From NCBI GenBank assembly GCA_944332475.1, contig CALVKA010000003.1:163257-227256 (forward strand): 64,000 bases of DNA. The letters run 5' to 3'. This DNA comes from an uncultured Bacilli bacterium. GTDB taxonomy: Bacteria > Bacillota_I > Bacilli_A > RF39 > UBA660. The notes beneath the pieces were generated by a model. The model was given only the letters and a program-made list of their open reading frames with translations. It made no database searches and had not been told where the DNA came from. Position 1 is the stretch's first letter. Every line of letters starts with the position of its first letter. A program made the position numbers and the translations under genes. Shown here piece by piece: positions 30,244 to 39,469 of the stretch.

Positions 30244-30582
30244 TTAAATTAACTCTATTTCAATACCTACTACTCCATATTTTTCTATTTTTTCTTTATC
30301 ATAATACGCTTCCATATCTTTAGGGTTGGCTGTTTCCTCTAGTCTATATCCCATCGATATTTTATCAAAATGTTTATACAATTCTTCAAAATTTTCAAAA
30401 ATGTGTAAAGCTATTACTTTGACTTTTAAAATTTCTTCTGTATGATTATTATTAAATGCAATCATATCTCCTGGTTTTATTGTTCTTCTTTTTTCATCAT
30501 AAAGACGAAGTTCGATTGTTTTTGTTTTTTCTTTTATCATTTGAAATGGTTCTTCTTGTAAATTCATAGTATGTACCATCAT
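30244..30582 (-). CDS. ASCH-domain protein
   Basis: KTIELRLYDEKRRTIKPGDMIAF pattern typical of the ASCH/PUA-like fold. Confidence 0.5.
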   Translation of the reverse strand: MMVHTMNLQEEPFQMIKEKTKTIELRLYDEKRRTIKPGDMIAFNNNHTEEILKVKVIALHIFENFEELYKHFDKISMGYRLEETANPKDMEAYYDKEKIEKYGVVGIEIELI

Positions 30583-30585
30583 ACA

Positions 30586-31200
30586 TTATCTCCTTTTTTC
30601 TAATATTTTGGATGAACCTGGAGTTTTGTTTACCCAGGTTCTTACTCTATCCTCTGGAGCATTTGGATGTAGATAGTGATAAGCTTCCTCTAAATACTTT
30701 CTTCTTTTTTCTAACTTGGTTGGGTTATGAGCTAGTCCATCACAGCATTGTACTTGAAATAGTTTTTCTAGAAGAGATGAGTCGCTGATAGAGGAATCCA
30801 TTTTTGCTTTTTGAATTGGTGTGTCATGATTTATAATTAAATATTGATATCTTTTTCTCTCGTCTAGGGAAAACTCTAATCTTTCTAGAACTTTATCGGC
30901 TATTTCGGCTGATTTTTTAGGGTGTCCTCTAAAATGTCTAACTTCTTCATCTTGATAACAAAATGGTTTTCCCATATCATGTAATAGTAAGGCAAGTCTC
31001 ACTTCAAAGTCTTTTGGAGACATACTTAGAGCAAGTAATGTGTGATTCCATACATTTAAATGGTGATGTGGGTGACGGTGGGGAAAATTTACCATAGCTT
31101 TTAATTCAGGAATTATGGAAAATAGTTGACTGGAATTTTCTTTTATGGACTCTACAACATTTTCTATTATTAATATCTCTTTTAAAATCTCTTTATACAT
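30586..31200 (-). CDS. HD-domain phosphohydrolase
   Basis: His-rich HRHPHHH... and LLHDMGKP (HD motif). Confidence 0.65.
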   Translation of the reverse strand: MYKEILKEILIIENVVESIKENSSQLFSIIPELKAMVNFPHRHPHHHLNVWNHTLLALSMSPKDFEVRLALLLHDMGKPFCYQDEEVRHFRGHPKKSAEIADKVLERLEFSLDERKRYQYLIINHDTPIQKAKMDSSISDSSLLEKLFQVQCCDGLAHNPTKLEKRRKYLEEAYHYLHPNAPEDRVRTWVNKTPGSSKILEKRR

Positions 31201-31271
31201 ACTACACCTCTTTTTTATTATACCATTTTATATGCAAACAAAAAAGAATGCTGTTATAGCATTCTTTTACC

Positions 31272-32186
31272 TTAGTTATGTAATCTTCTATATGCTAAAG
31301 TTGTTCCAGCAAGACCAATTACAGCTAAAGATACGAATAATAAGATTCCATCACTGGTTTCAGGATTTTCAGTTGTATCTTCTACTTTGTCTTGTTCTGT
31401 TGGTGGAGTAGTTGGCTCTTCTGTTGGTTCTTCTGGATTTTCTGGTGTGATTGGTACTACAATAACATCATCATTTTCTTCTGGAATTTGTGTTTCATCT
31501 GTATAGAACTTTAATTGACCTTCACTTATTACATAAGCAGCTCCTGCGAAAGTATCTTCTGTTGCTTCAAAATCAGCATTTCCACTTTCTATCTCTTCTA
31601 ATGTAAGACCATCAGTCCATACTGTAGGAGTTGTTGCTGTTTCTGTAGTATTTGTGATTGTAGCTTCTCCTGCATGTACATAAGGTAATGAGGTAACTCC
31701 AGAACCTTTAGTCATTTCGATTCCTCCGAAACCATTTCCAGAAACATCAATATTTCCAATCAATGTTACTGTTGCTCCATTGACACCAAGTCCTACATTA
31801 CCACCTGTTAATGTAATATTTTTTAATGTTACATTTGATGTATATGCTTGGATAACATATACTCCTCCGTTGTATGGAGCTTCTGCATTACTTCCCCATA
31901 CTGTGTTATCTGTAGATCCGTCTTTAAACGTTCCAACATACTCGATTGTATATCCGTTACCATCAATTACTTTATCAGAGGTAACATTGATTTTGTGAGT
32001 AGTTTGAATGTTATCCATTAATTTTACAGATGTTGCTTCTGTTCCTTCTAATGCTGCATATAATTCATCAGCAGTTCTTACTTCTACCACACCATCTGCT
32101 GCATGAACGTTTACCATTGGAACCAATACAAATAACCCAACAATAGCCATTAAGGCAACTTTCATGAATTTTTTCATTACTTTCAT
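31272..32186 (-). CDS. cell-wall-anchored surface protein (beta-helix-like) with NPETSDG-type sorting signal
   Basis: N-terminal signal peptide; Gly/Val/Thr-rich beta-helix-like repeats. C-terminus ...TENPETSDGILLFVSLAVIGLAGTTLAYRRLHN (motif, hydrophobic segment, basic tail). Confidence 0.6.
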   Translation of the reverse strand: MKVMKKFMKVALMAIVGLFVLVPMVNVHAADGVVEVRTADELYAALEGTEATSVKLMDNIQTTHKINVTSDKVIDGNGYTIEYVGTFKDGSTDNTVWGSNAEAPYNGGVYVIQAYTSNVTLKNITLTGGNVGLGVNGATVTLIGNIDVSGNGFGGIEMTKGSGVTSLPYVHAGEATITNTTETATTPTVWTDGLTLEEIESGNADFEATEDTFAGAAYVISEGQLKFYTDETQIPEENDDVIVVPITPENPEEPTEEPTTPPTEQDKVEDTTENPETSDGILLFVSLAVIGLAGTTLAYRRLHN

Positions 32187-32294
32187 CCTTTCTTTATTAT
32201 TCCGATAGGCTCACCTATCTTTATATTCAGTATATCATAAAAATTCGTTTTTTTCACAAAAAATACACATTTTATTTTATTGTCTTTTTACTCA

Positions 32295-33311
32295 TTATCT
32301 GACTTCTTTCTTGATTAACTTAGCGTGCATGACGATTCTGTTGCCAAAATTGTCTTTACATGTTGACAGTGTTAACACTTTATCTCCTGTGTTTACCGTA
32401 CCAGAAAAGTCTACTTCACTTCTTCCTTTTATGGTATTTAAAAAGTTTTGGTAACTTTCTGTACTTGAAAAACTAGGTGTAATATAGTAGCTTTCTTTTT
32501 CTATTGTATACACACTAAATACTTGCCACATTGTATTTTCTGTTGGGGTGGATAGTCTTATAATATGATTTTCTTTATTGGTATACCAAGAACTATTTAA
32601 GATGTTTTTTAAACTTCCAAACATGGTTCCATTATAACGACTATGTGCATAGATAATTGTATTTTGATTAAAGTCTACGGGATTATTTCTATAATCCATA
32701 AAGACCCAACCTGCTTTGTTTTCTGTTTTGTCAAAGGCGTGATCTAAATAGTAATCATTATCTGTTGTTTGTACAATTGGATAATTAATATTCGTTCCCT
32801 TTACTTGAATCCAGCCTACAGTATCAGAATTTTTTTCTAATAAATCATTAAAGTCTACTTCTAGAAGATTCATTTTAATATAATTCCAGTAATCATCATC
32901 CATATTTTCTGGAGGATTAATATTTTCTGTATTCTCATTATCTTCTTTTTCATTTACATTGGTATCGTCTACTACGTCATTTTGTAAATTCTTAATATCA
33001 TTATTATCATGTAGCCAGATATATATTCCAATACTAGAACCTATTAAAATTAGTAAAAAGAATATAAAAAACAAAAAAACAACCCATTTACGAAATCTTC
33101 GTTTTTTCTTTTTTACTTGTTTTACCAATCTTTTATCTTCATAGAAATCGTTGGCTGATTCCATATTATCTATTTCATCAAATTTTTTTTGTCCTTTATT
33201 TTTTTCTTTCCAGATTTCCTTCTTTTGTTCTGGTTCTTTTTTTGTCCCTGTTTTATTTTCTTCTACTTTCTTTTTTCTGTATTCTTCTCGAGTTGGTAAT
33301 TTGTCACTCAT
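32295..33311 (-). CDS. sortase (class B-like transpeptidase)
   Basis: TLxTC catalytic motif as LTLSTC; conserved His (YAHSRYNG); N-terminal TM with Lys-rich cytoplasmic tail. Confidence 0.75.
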   Translation of the reverse strand: MSDKLPTREEYRKKKVEENKTGTKKEPEQKKEIWKEKNKGQKKFDEIDNMESANDFYEDKRLVKQVKKKKRRFRKWVVFLFFIFFLLILIGSSIGIYIWLHDNNDIKNLQNDVVDDTNVNEKEDNENTENINPPENMDDDYWNYIKMNLLEVDFNDLLEKNSDTVGWIQVKGTNINYPIVQTTDNDYYLDHAFDKTENKAGWVFMDYRNNPVDFNQNTIIYAHSRYNGTMFGSLKNILNSSWYTNKENHIIRLSTPTENTMWQVFSVYTIEKESYYITPSFSSTESYQNFLNTIKGRSEVDFSGTVNTGDKVLTLSTCKDNFGNRIVMHAKLIKKEVR

Positions 33312-33384
33312 AGTATCACCTATTTTTATTATATATCAAAAATAAGAAGAACAAAAGAACAGATTCTTTTATTCAAATAAAAAG

Positions 33385-33412
33385 TGGAGTCTTATGGCTC
33401 CTTCAAAGAGAA
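33385..33412 (-). terminator. intrinsic terminator downstream of the flavodoxin-like gene
   Basis: Minus strand GGAGCC-ATAA-GACTCC hairpin followed by ACTTTTTATTT; near-copy of the 36176 hairpin. Confidence 0.45.
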
Positions 33413-33539
33413 ATATAGATTATCTTTTTCTTTTCGATGAGTGTTTGTCACCATAAAAATCTTCATACCTTAATACAAAGCCAGAAATAATATCATCATA
33501 CTTTTAAGGATTATTTGTGTTATTTTTTCTAACTTTGTA

Positions 33540-34079
33540 TTAATTTTTATTTTCTATTTCATTAACTATCTTATCTAAACTAGAGAAATTTATAAAATTC
33601 ACTTTTTTATTATAAGTTTCTATCATTGCATTATTTTCTGCTGTTTGTTGTTCTTTAGGAATCTTCTTAATCGCATTATAAAGTAGCTTTAACATTGTTT
33701 TATGAACCAAGTTCAACTTTGAATAATCAATACCACCTCTTAAATGAAATATCATTGCTTTTTCAAACACTTCTTTTGGAAGTTGATGTTTAATATTATT
33801 TCTTATATTATTTTTATTTTCTTCATCTATTGGATCTGCAAGGCCAACTGTTGCTATCATGATCTTTTTATTAGATATGTTATTTAATTTCTTTAGGGTT
33901 TTAGACATTCCTAATACTCCACCTGCATACAATCCACCTAAATAAATAATGTTATCATAATCATTTATTTGATTTACTTTTTCAAAAGATATGGCTTTTA
34001 TGTTTGTTCTTCTGGAAAGCTCTTCGGCATATTGCTTGGTTGTCCCATAATGAGAGCCATATATTATAATATTACTCAT
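33540..34079 (-). CDS. flavodoxin-like protein
   Basis: IIIYGSHYGTTKQYAEEL flavodoxin-type N-terminus. Confidence 0.55.
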   Translation of the reverse strand: MSNIIIYGSHYGTTKQYAEELSRRTNIKAISFEKVNQINDYDNIIYLGGLYAGGVLGMSKTLKKLNNISNKKIMIATVGLADPIDEENKNNIRNNIKHQLPKEVFEKAMIFHLRGGIDYSKLNLVHKTMLKLLYNAIKKIPKEQQTAENNAMIETYNKKVNFINFSSLDKIVNEIENKN

Positions 34080-34094
34080 AATACCTCCCGTATT

Positions 34095-34250
34095 TCATTT
34101 TTTAAATACTAAAATAGCTTTTGCTGTTCCAGTGATTGACATAGTAATTAAATTATAGCCATTTTGTAACATTTCATTGGCTTTTTCTTCAATTTTTTGG
34201 GCCATATCGTCTGCTTTTGGTGAATATTCAATTACAATCGTTTTATACAC
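34095..34250 (-). CDS. small ORF (51 aa, GTG start) with strong RBS
   Basis: GGAGG then GTG at 34248-34250; encodes VYKTIVIEYSPKADDMAQKIEEKANEMLQNGYNLITMSITGTAKAILVFKK. Below the ORF-track size cut-off. Confidence 0.3.
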   Translation of the reverse strand: MYKTIVIEYSPKADDMAQKIEEKANEMLQNGYNLITMSITGTAKAILVFKK

Positions 34251-34415
34251 TCTTATACCTCCTTATTTTATATCCATTACCTTTTATCTATATTACTTCT
34301 GTTATATGGGTCTATAAATTTATTATTTTGTTTCCTTTTAACTTCTATTTAGTTCATTATATCATAATCTATATATTCAGTTTTGCCATATTATTAACTA
34401 TAATCGTCTCGATAC

Positions 34416-35072
34416 TTATTTTTGTTCTAAAAAAAATTCTAGTTTTGATGATACTTTTTCATATTCAGCATCTACTCTTACATAATATACCCCTTTTTCT
34501 TGAATATAGGGGGTAATATCCTTTATTAGTTTCCCATCATACATTTCTTTTTCTGGCTTTCCATTTCGTCTTATATATAAATTGGTGTAAATAGTATCCT
34601 TATTTTTTACTTCGTGAAAATTATCTAAAGCTTGGCACCCCACTTGTCGCTCTTTATTTTTGGAAAGGCAACTATATGATTCCACGTTAAGAATATACTC
34701 TGATTCTTCAGGATTAATATAATATACAGCATCATAATCTATACCATAATAGGTGTTTAAATGGTAGGAATTCCAGTATAAAAAATATGGAATTATAAAC
34801 GTTCGATGGTGATCAATAACTTGAACGGTAATAGGTGTTTTATTTATTGTTACTTTATAAAGTCTATTTCTTGAATAACTGAAGGGACTATTTATTTCAA
34901 TAGTTCCTATAATAATCTTAAATAAGATCAGACATATTATCATAATAAATATATACCTTTTTTTGTGCTTTCTCATTTTCTTCGTTGTAGAATTATATTC
35001 ACCTAATATATTTTCTGCTTCTAACTTTGTATCTTTAATCATTTCCTCTTTACTATAATAGAACTTTTTCAT
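34416..35072 (-). CDS. hypothetical membrane protein
   Basis: One TM helix (YIFIMIICLILFKIIIGTI), Tyr/Asn-rich ectodomain. Confidence 0.45.
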   Translation of the reverse strand: MKKFYYSKEEMIKDTKLEAENILGEYNSTTKKMRKHKKRYIFIMIICLILFKIIIGTIEINSPFSYSRNRLYKVTINKTPITVQVIDHHRTFIIPYFLYWNSYHLNTYYGIDYDAVYYINPEESEYILNVESYSCLSKNKERQVGCQALDNFHEVKNKDTIYTNLYIRRNGKPEKEMYDGKLIKDITPYIQEKGVYYVRVDAEYEKVSSKLEFFLEQK

Positions 35073-35186
35073 TTTATCTCACCATATATAAACTCTTTTA
35101 TTATTTAGTTCATTATATCATTAAATAAAAAATAAAAATAGTAGATTATAATGAACTAGTCAAGTAAAAGTAGACAGTTAAAAAAG

Positions 35187-35753
35187 TTAGAACCCTGATT
35201 CAATTTTATATTGAATTGGGGTTTTATAATTTAATGCATATGATGGTCTTTCATTATTGTAATAATAAATGTATTCTTCAATAAGTTTAGGTACATCTTT
35301 ACTATTTTTTAAATCAAAATCAACAATTAATTCTTCTTTAATCCAACCATTTAATGATTCATTGACCGGATTATCAGTTGGTGTACCAGCTCGACTCATT
35401 GAACGAGATATGTTATAATTTTCTAGAAGCTTATTATAGGCTTTTGATGAATAAACTGAGCCTTGATTTGTGTGAAGAATAATCAAATCATCAGTTTGTT
35501 CTTTTTTTATGCGTTTTAATACTTGTTTTAATCCATCGTGATATGAATTAATAGAACCTTTTTTAGTTGTTAATCCATATCCCACTATTTCTTTCTTCCA
35601 TAATTCAAAATGATTAATATTAAAATCCTTTAATTTTATATTATCAAAATACTGTAAATACTTAACTCTATCTCTATAAGTTTTTATTGTACTTTCTCTA
35701 ACTTTATCACTTTGATAATCATAAAAAGATAAATATAAATCTTTAAAAGTCAT
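35187..35753 (-). pseudogene. chimeric remnant: tyrosine-integrase N-terminal SAM-like fragment fused in frame to an IS3-family OrfB (rve/DDE) C-terminal fragment
   Basis: N-terminal 85 aa TFKDLYLSFYDYQSDKVRESTIKTYRDRVKY...LKDFNINHFELW is a phage-integrase N-terminal domain. From ILHTNQGSVYSS...SMSRAGTPTDNPVNESLNGWIKEEL...YIYYYNNERPSYALNYKTPIQY it is an IS3 OrfB C-terminus. Neither is complete. Confidence 0.6.
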
Positions 35754-35807
35754 ATCTTTATGATTTATATTCTGATCGAGTGATAAGAGGAACTGCCCTT
35801 CAGCTTC

Positions 35808-36059
35808 TTGTGCTTCTTTCTTAATAAATTATGGTGTGCTAGTATTACTCTAGTAGCAAAATATTTAGTTCATACTAAAATTGATGAAACACTAAATACC
35901 TACTCTCATATGTATCAAAATAAACTCGAAGATATAGTTAAGCTCATAAATAAAAACAATAGTATTTTACTAGCTGAAAGAGAAAGAGAAAAAGAAAAAA
36001 ATACTATTGATAATGATAGTATAACTAATGATAAAGATGATATAGAAATATGTCTATAA
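35808..36059 (+). pseudogene. tyrosine recombinase/integrase C-terminal fragment (catalytic Tyr region), opposite strand to the N-terminal fragment
   Basis: YLVHTKIDETLNTYSHMYQN matches the integrase ...LGH..I.TTLDTYSH catalytic-Tyr motif; only 83 codons, TTG start. Confidence 0.55.
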
Positions 36060-36069
36060 ACGTAAAATA

Positions 36070-36103
36070 ATGGTAAGTTTAATCGCTTACCATTATTTTT
36101 TTT
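36070..36103 (+). terminator. intrinsic terminator after the integrase remnant
   Basis: ATGGTAAG-TTTAATCG-CTTACCAT followed by TATTTTTTTT. Confidence 0.5.
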
Positions 36104-36160
36104 ATGTATTTTAGCACCTAAACAGCACCTAAAATATTTTTAAAGGTTTAAAATCCTTAT

Positions 36161-36191
36161 AAAATAAACAAAAGTGGAGCCTTGCGGCTCC
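36161..36191 (-). terminator. intrinsic terminator of the GNAT-domain gene (GGAGCC/GGCTCC stem)
   Basis: Minus strand GGAGCC-GCAA-GGCTCC followed by ACTTTTGTTTATTTT. Confidence 0.5.
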
Positions 36192-36333
36192 TTCAGGGGG
36201 TTCGGTTGAATATACTCTCACATTTAAACACCGTGAGAGATATCGGCGTGATATGTATCACGCATCTTAATCATAAAGTATATTTTATAAAAAGTCAATT
36301 GCTATTTCTAAAATATTTTGGTGCTTGACAGTT

Positions 36334-37341
36334 CTATTTTTGAGGCACTTTTATTTCATATTGATATGACAATATTTCTAGACCGAGAGATGCAAAAAAA
36401 CTTTTGGCTGATGGTGTAAAGCTATATACCTCCACTTCTATTCTATCGCATTTTTCTTCTTTGGCCTTTTTTACTACTTCTTCGTATAATTTAGTTCCAA
36501 TTTTTTGCCTTCGATATTCTTTTTTTACAAATATTTTTTTAATTCTCATGATACGAGTATCTTTATATTTCGCCTCTTTTTTAGATGTTTCTAGTTGAGC
36601 TTCAATAAACCCTAAAATGTTATGATCTTCTTCGTAGATTAAAAGTGTTCCTAATTGATAGGGATTACATAGTGTATTAAATTCACTTTTGTTATAGACT
36701 ACTTTGCCATCATAAATATCTGGTCTTCCTTTTCGGAATATCACTTCAAATTCTTTTGACATATGTACAAACGGAGAATATTCTTTTTCATTCGGATGAC
36801 GAATGATCCATGATTTTATTTTTTCTTTTTGACTCCATATTAAAAATGGTACTGTGTCATTTTCTTTTATTCCTATTATCATTAATAGGGTTTCTTTTAA
36901 TTCCTTCGTTAACTCTTTTATTTTTTCTTCCAATTGGATTCTATCTTCTATATAGACATAAATATATTTTTTCTCTTCTAATGTTGATTGTCGTATTAAT
37001 TGATTTTTTAATTCTTCTAAATTTTCATAATGTCCTAATCCTGTTGGTAAGAAAGAATATGCTTTAATTTCATTTTGTTTATTTAATTTTTCTATTATGG
37101 TTTGTTGTTTAGTATTCATTTCTTGTCTATTACATAAGATTTTTTTTGTTTGGAAATTAGAAAACATGTTTTCTTTTTCTAAAATTTCATTTGTTAGGCC
37201 TTCTACTCCTATTGCAATTACCGTATTATAAGTTTCCTCTAGTTCTGGTATTACATTTTGATATTTTTTTGTGTTGGAAAGATATAATTTTTCAGATAAT
37301 GCTTCTAGTACATTTTCTATTGTTTTGATTTTATCTTTCAC
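36334..37341 (-). CDS. two-domain protein with C-terminal GNAT acetyltransferase domain
   Basis: C-terminal RRQKIGTKLYEEVVKKAKEEKCDRIEVEV (CoA-binding-like); N-terminal domain unknown. Confidence 0.5.
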   Translation of the reverse strand: MKDKIKTIENVLEALSEKLYLSNTKKYQNVIPELEETYNTVIAIGVEGLTNEILEKENMFSNFQTKKILCNRQEMNTKQQTIIEKLNKQNEIKAYSFLPTGLGHYENLEELKNQLIRQSTLEEKKYIYVYIEDRIQLEEKIKELTKELKETLLMIIGIKENDTVPFLIWSQKEKIKSWIIRHPNEKEYSPFVHMSKEFEVIFRKGRPDIYDGKVVYNKSEFNTLCNPYQLGTLLIYEEDHNILGFIEAQLETSKKEAKYKDTRIMRIKKIFVKKEYRRQKIGTKLYEEVVKKAKEEKCDRIEVEVYSFTPSAKSFFASLGLEILSYQYEIKVPQK

Positions 37342-37395
37342 TGATCATCACCTGTTTTTATTATAACAAAAAAATAGATAACACGAAATATCGTG

Positions 37396-39390
37396 TTATC
37401 CTTTTGTAATCGAATCAATTAATTTTATCTTTAATGGATCTTTGTCTGTTTCTTTATTTAATAAATATTCTTCAGAATCTTTCTTTGCTTGTAGTAATAT
37501 TTTATAGTCTGATCTAATATTAGCAATTTTAAATGACATGTCACCGCTTTGTTTTGTTCCAAATAGATCTCCATGTCCACGTAATTTAAAATCTTCTTCA
37601 CTGATTTTAAATCCATCGTCTACTTGTTCCATAATTTTTAAACGTTCTGCATCACTATCGCTGACTAAGATACATTGTGATTTGGAACTACCTCTTCCAA
37701 CACGCCCACGTAATTGGTGTAATGTTGATAGTCCAAAACGATCTGCATCAAAGATTACCATAGTTGTTGCATTTGGTACATCGACTCCTACTTCGATTAC
37801 TGTTGTCGAAATTAAGATTTGAATTTTATTTTCTGAGAATTGTTCCATAATCATGTCTTTAGCAGCACTGGCCATTTTTCCATGGACAATATCTATTTTA
37901 TAGTGTTCGCCGAAGGCCAATTTCATTTGATCTCTCAATTGGCATACTGTAGTTAAATCCGAGTTTTCATTTTCTTCAATTAATGGAGCGATAACATAGA
38001 CTTGATGATTTTGTTTTAATTCTTTATACATCATTTCTAATACGTCTTTGATTTCACTATTTTTCTTGACTACGGTGTCTATTTTTTGTCTTCCTTTTGG
38101 TCTTTCTTTAATCGTTGAAACATCCATGTCTCCAAATATTGTTAGGGCATAAGTTCTTGGGATTGGTGTTGCACTCATGTATAAAACATCTGGTTTTTTT
38201 CCTTTGTTTTGAAGATTTGCTCTTTGATGAACTCCAAAACGATGTTGTTCATCTGTGATTACTAAACCTAAATTATGATATTCGACATCATCTTGAATTA
38301 GGGCATGAGTTCCTACTACCATACTGATTGTTCCATCTTTTAATTCATCGTAAATCTTTTGTTTGTCTTTTTTTGGTGTTGATCCCGTTAACAAAGCAAT
38401 CTTAATATCTGTTTTCTTTAAAAAGTTTTCTAAATTATGAAAATGTTGGGTTGCTAAAATTTCGGTTGGTGCCATCAAGGCACTTTGAAAGCCACTTAGG
38501 TGATTAGCAAGCATGGCTAAAAACGAAACAATCGTTTTACCACTACCAACATCTCCTTGCAATAGTCGGTTCATTCTATGATTTGCTTCTAAGTCTTCTA
38601 CAATTTCACTCGTTGCTTTTACTTGGTCAGGCGTTAATTCAAATGGTAAATCTTTGATAAACTCTTGTAATTTTTCTTTATCAATCTTTCTTTCTAGACC
38701 TTGTTTTTTCTTTTTGTTTTCTAATTTTAAATAATTGATTTTAAACATGAAAGCAAATAATTCTTCATATTTTAAACGAATTGTTACTTCTTTTAATTTT
38801 TCTTCTGTCGATGGGTTATGAATTAAATTTAAGGACGTTTTTTTATTGGAAAAGTGATATCTTTCTAAGTATTCTTCTGGTATATAGTCTGGTATTTCTT
38901 TTCCAAATTGTAGTAATGCCATATTAATATAAGTTGAAATATTTTTATTGGTTAATCCACTTGTGGCGTGATAGACTGGCTCTATTTTTACTTTGTTTGA
39001 TAATGTTTCTAATTTGATATCAGCTGCTGTTATGACGTTTTTCTTTTTATCTAATTTTCCAATTACCGTAACCCCGGTTCCTACTATCAATTGATTCTTA
39101 AGGAAAGCTCGATTGAAGATAGATACTCCTACTACTCCAGATGGTGTTACCAATCTAAAGTTCATTTTATTTAGTCCTGCTTTAAAGCGCATTAAAATTG
39201 GTATACTTTCTACTCGCCCGTCAATGACAATTTTTTCTCCATCCTCCACTTCTTGTAAATTATTTCTTTCTAGTATTTCGTAACGAAAGGGATAATGGGT
39301 TACTAAATCTTCTATGGTATAGATTCCTATTTTATTTAATAAAGAAAGGGATTTCGGTCCTATTCCTTTTACGTCCTTTAATTCAGCCAC
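37396..39390 (-). CDS. recG: ATP-dependent DNA helicase RecG
   Basis: 664 aa; wedge domain, DEQHRFG and QLRGRVGRG helicase motifs. Confidence 0.9.
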   Translation of the reverse strand: MAELKDVKGIGPKSLSLLNKIGIYTIEDLVTHYPFRYEILERNNLQEVEDGEKIVIDGRVESIPILMRFKAGLNKMNFRLVTPSGVVGVSIFNRAFLKNQLIVGTGVTVIGKLDKKKNVITAADIKLETLSNKVKIEPVYHATSGLTNKNISTYINMALLQFGKEIPDYIPEEYLERYHFSNKKTSLNLIHNPSTEEKLKEVTIRLKYEELFAFMFKINYLKLENKKKKQGLERKIDKEKLQEFIKDLPFELTPDQVKATSEIVEDLEANHRMNRLLQGDVGSGKTIVSFLAMLANHLSGFQSALMAPTEILATQHFHNLENFLKKTDIKIALLTGSTPKKDKQKIYDELKDGTISMVVGTHALIQDDVEYHNLGLVITDEQHRFGVHQRANLQNKGKKPDVLYMSATPIPRTYALTIFGDMDVSTIKERPKGRQKIDTVVKKNSEIKDVLEMMYKELKQNHQVYVIAPLIEENENSDLTTVCQLRDQMKLAFGEHYKIDIVHGKMASAAKDMIMEQFSENKIQILISTTVIEVGVDVPNATTMVIFDADRFGLSTLHQLRGRVGRGSSKSQCILVSDSDAERLKIMEQVDDGFKISEEDFKLRGHGDLFGTKQSGDMSFKIANIRSDYKILLQAKKDSEEYLLNKETDKDPLKIKLIDSITKG

Positions 39391-39469
39391 TCGATCACTT
39401 CCTTCTTGGCATATTATAACATGTTTTTAGGATAATTTTCCAATGTTTTTTGCATTTTTTTGTATTTGT

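Noticed and set aside
33385-36191. The two similar GGAGCC/GGCTCC hairpins as proven attL/attR
   Set aside because: Each also works perfectly well as the intrinsic terminator of the adjacent minus-strand gene. The similarity is only ~26 nt with 4-5 mismatches, so att identity is suggestive only and is reported as a hypothesis, not a feature.
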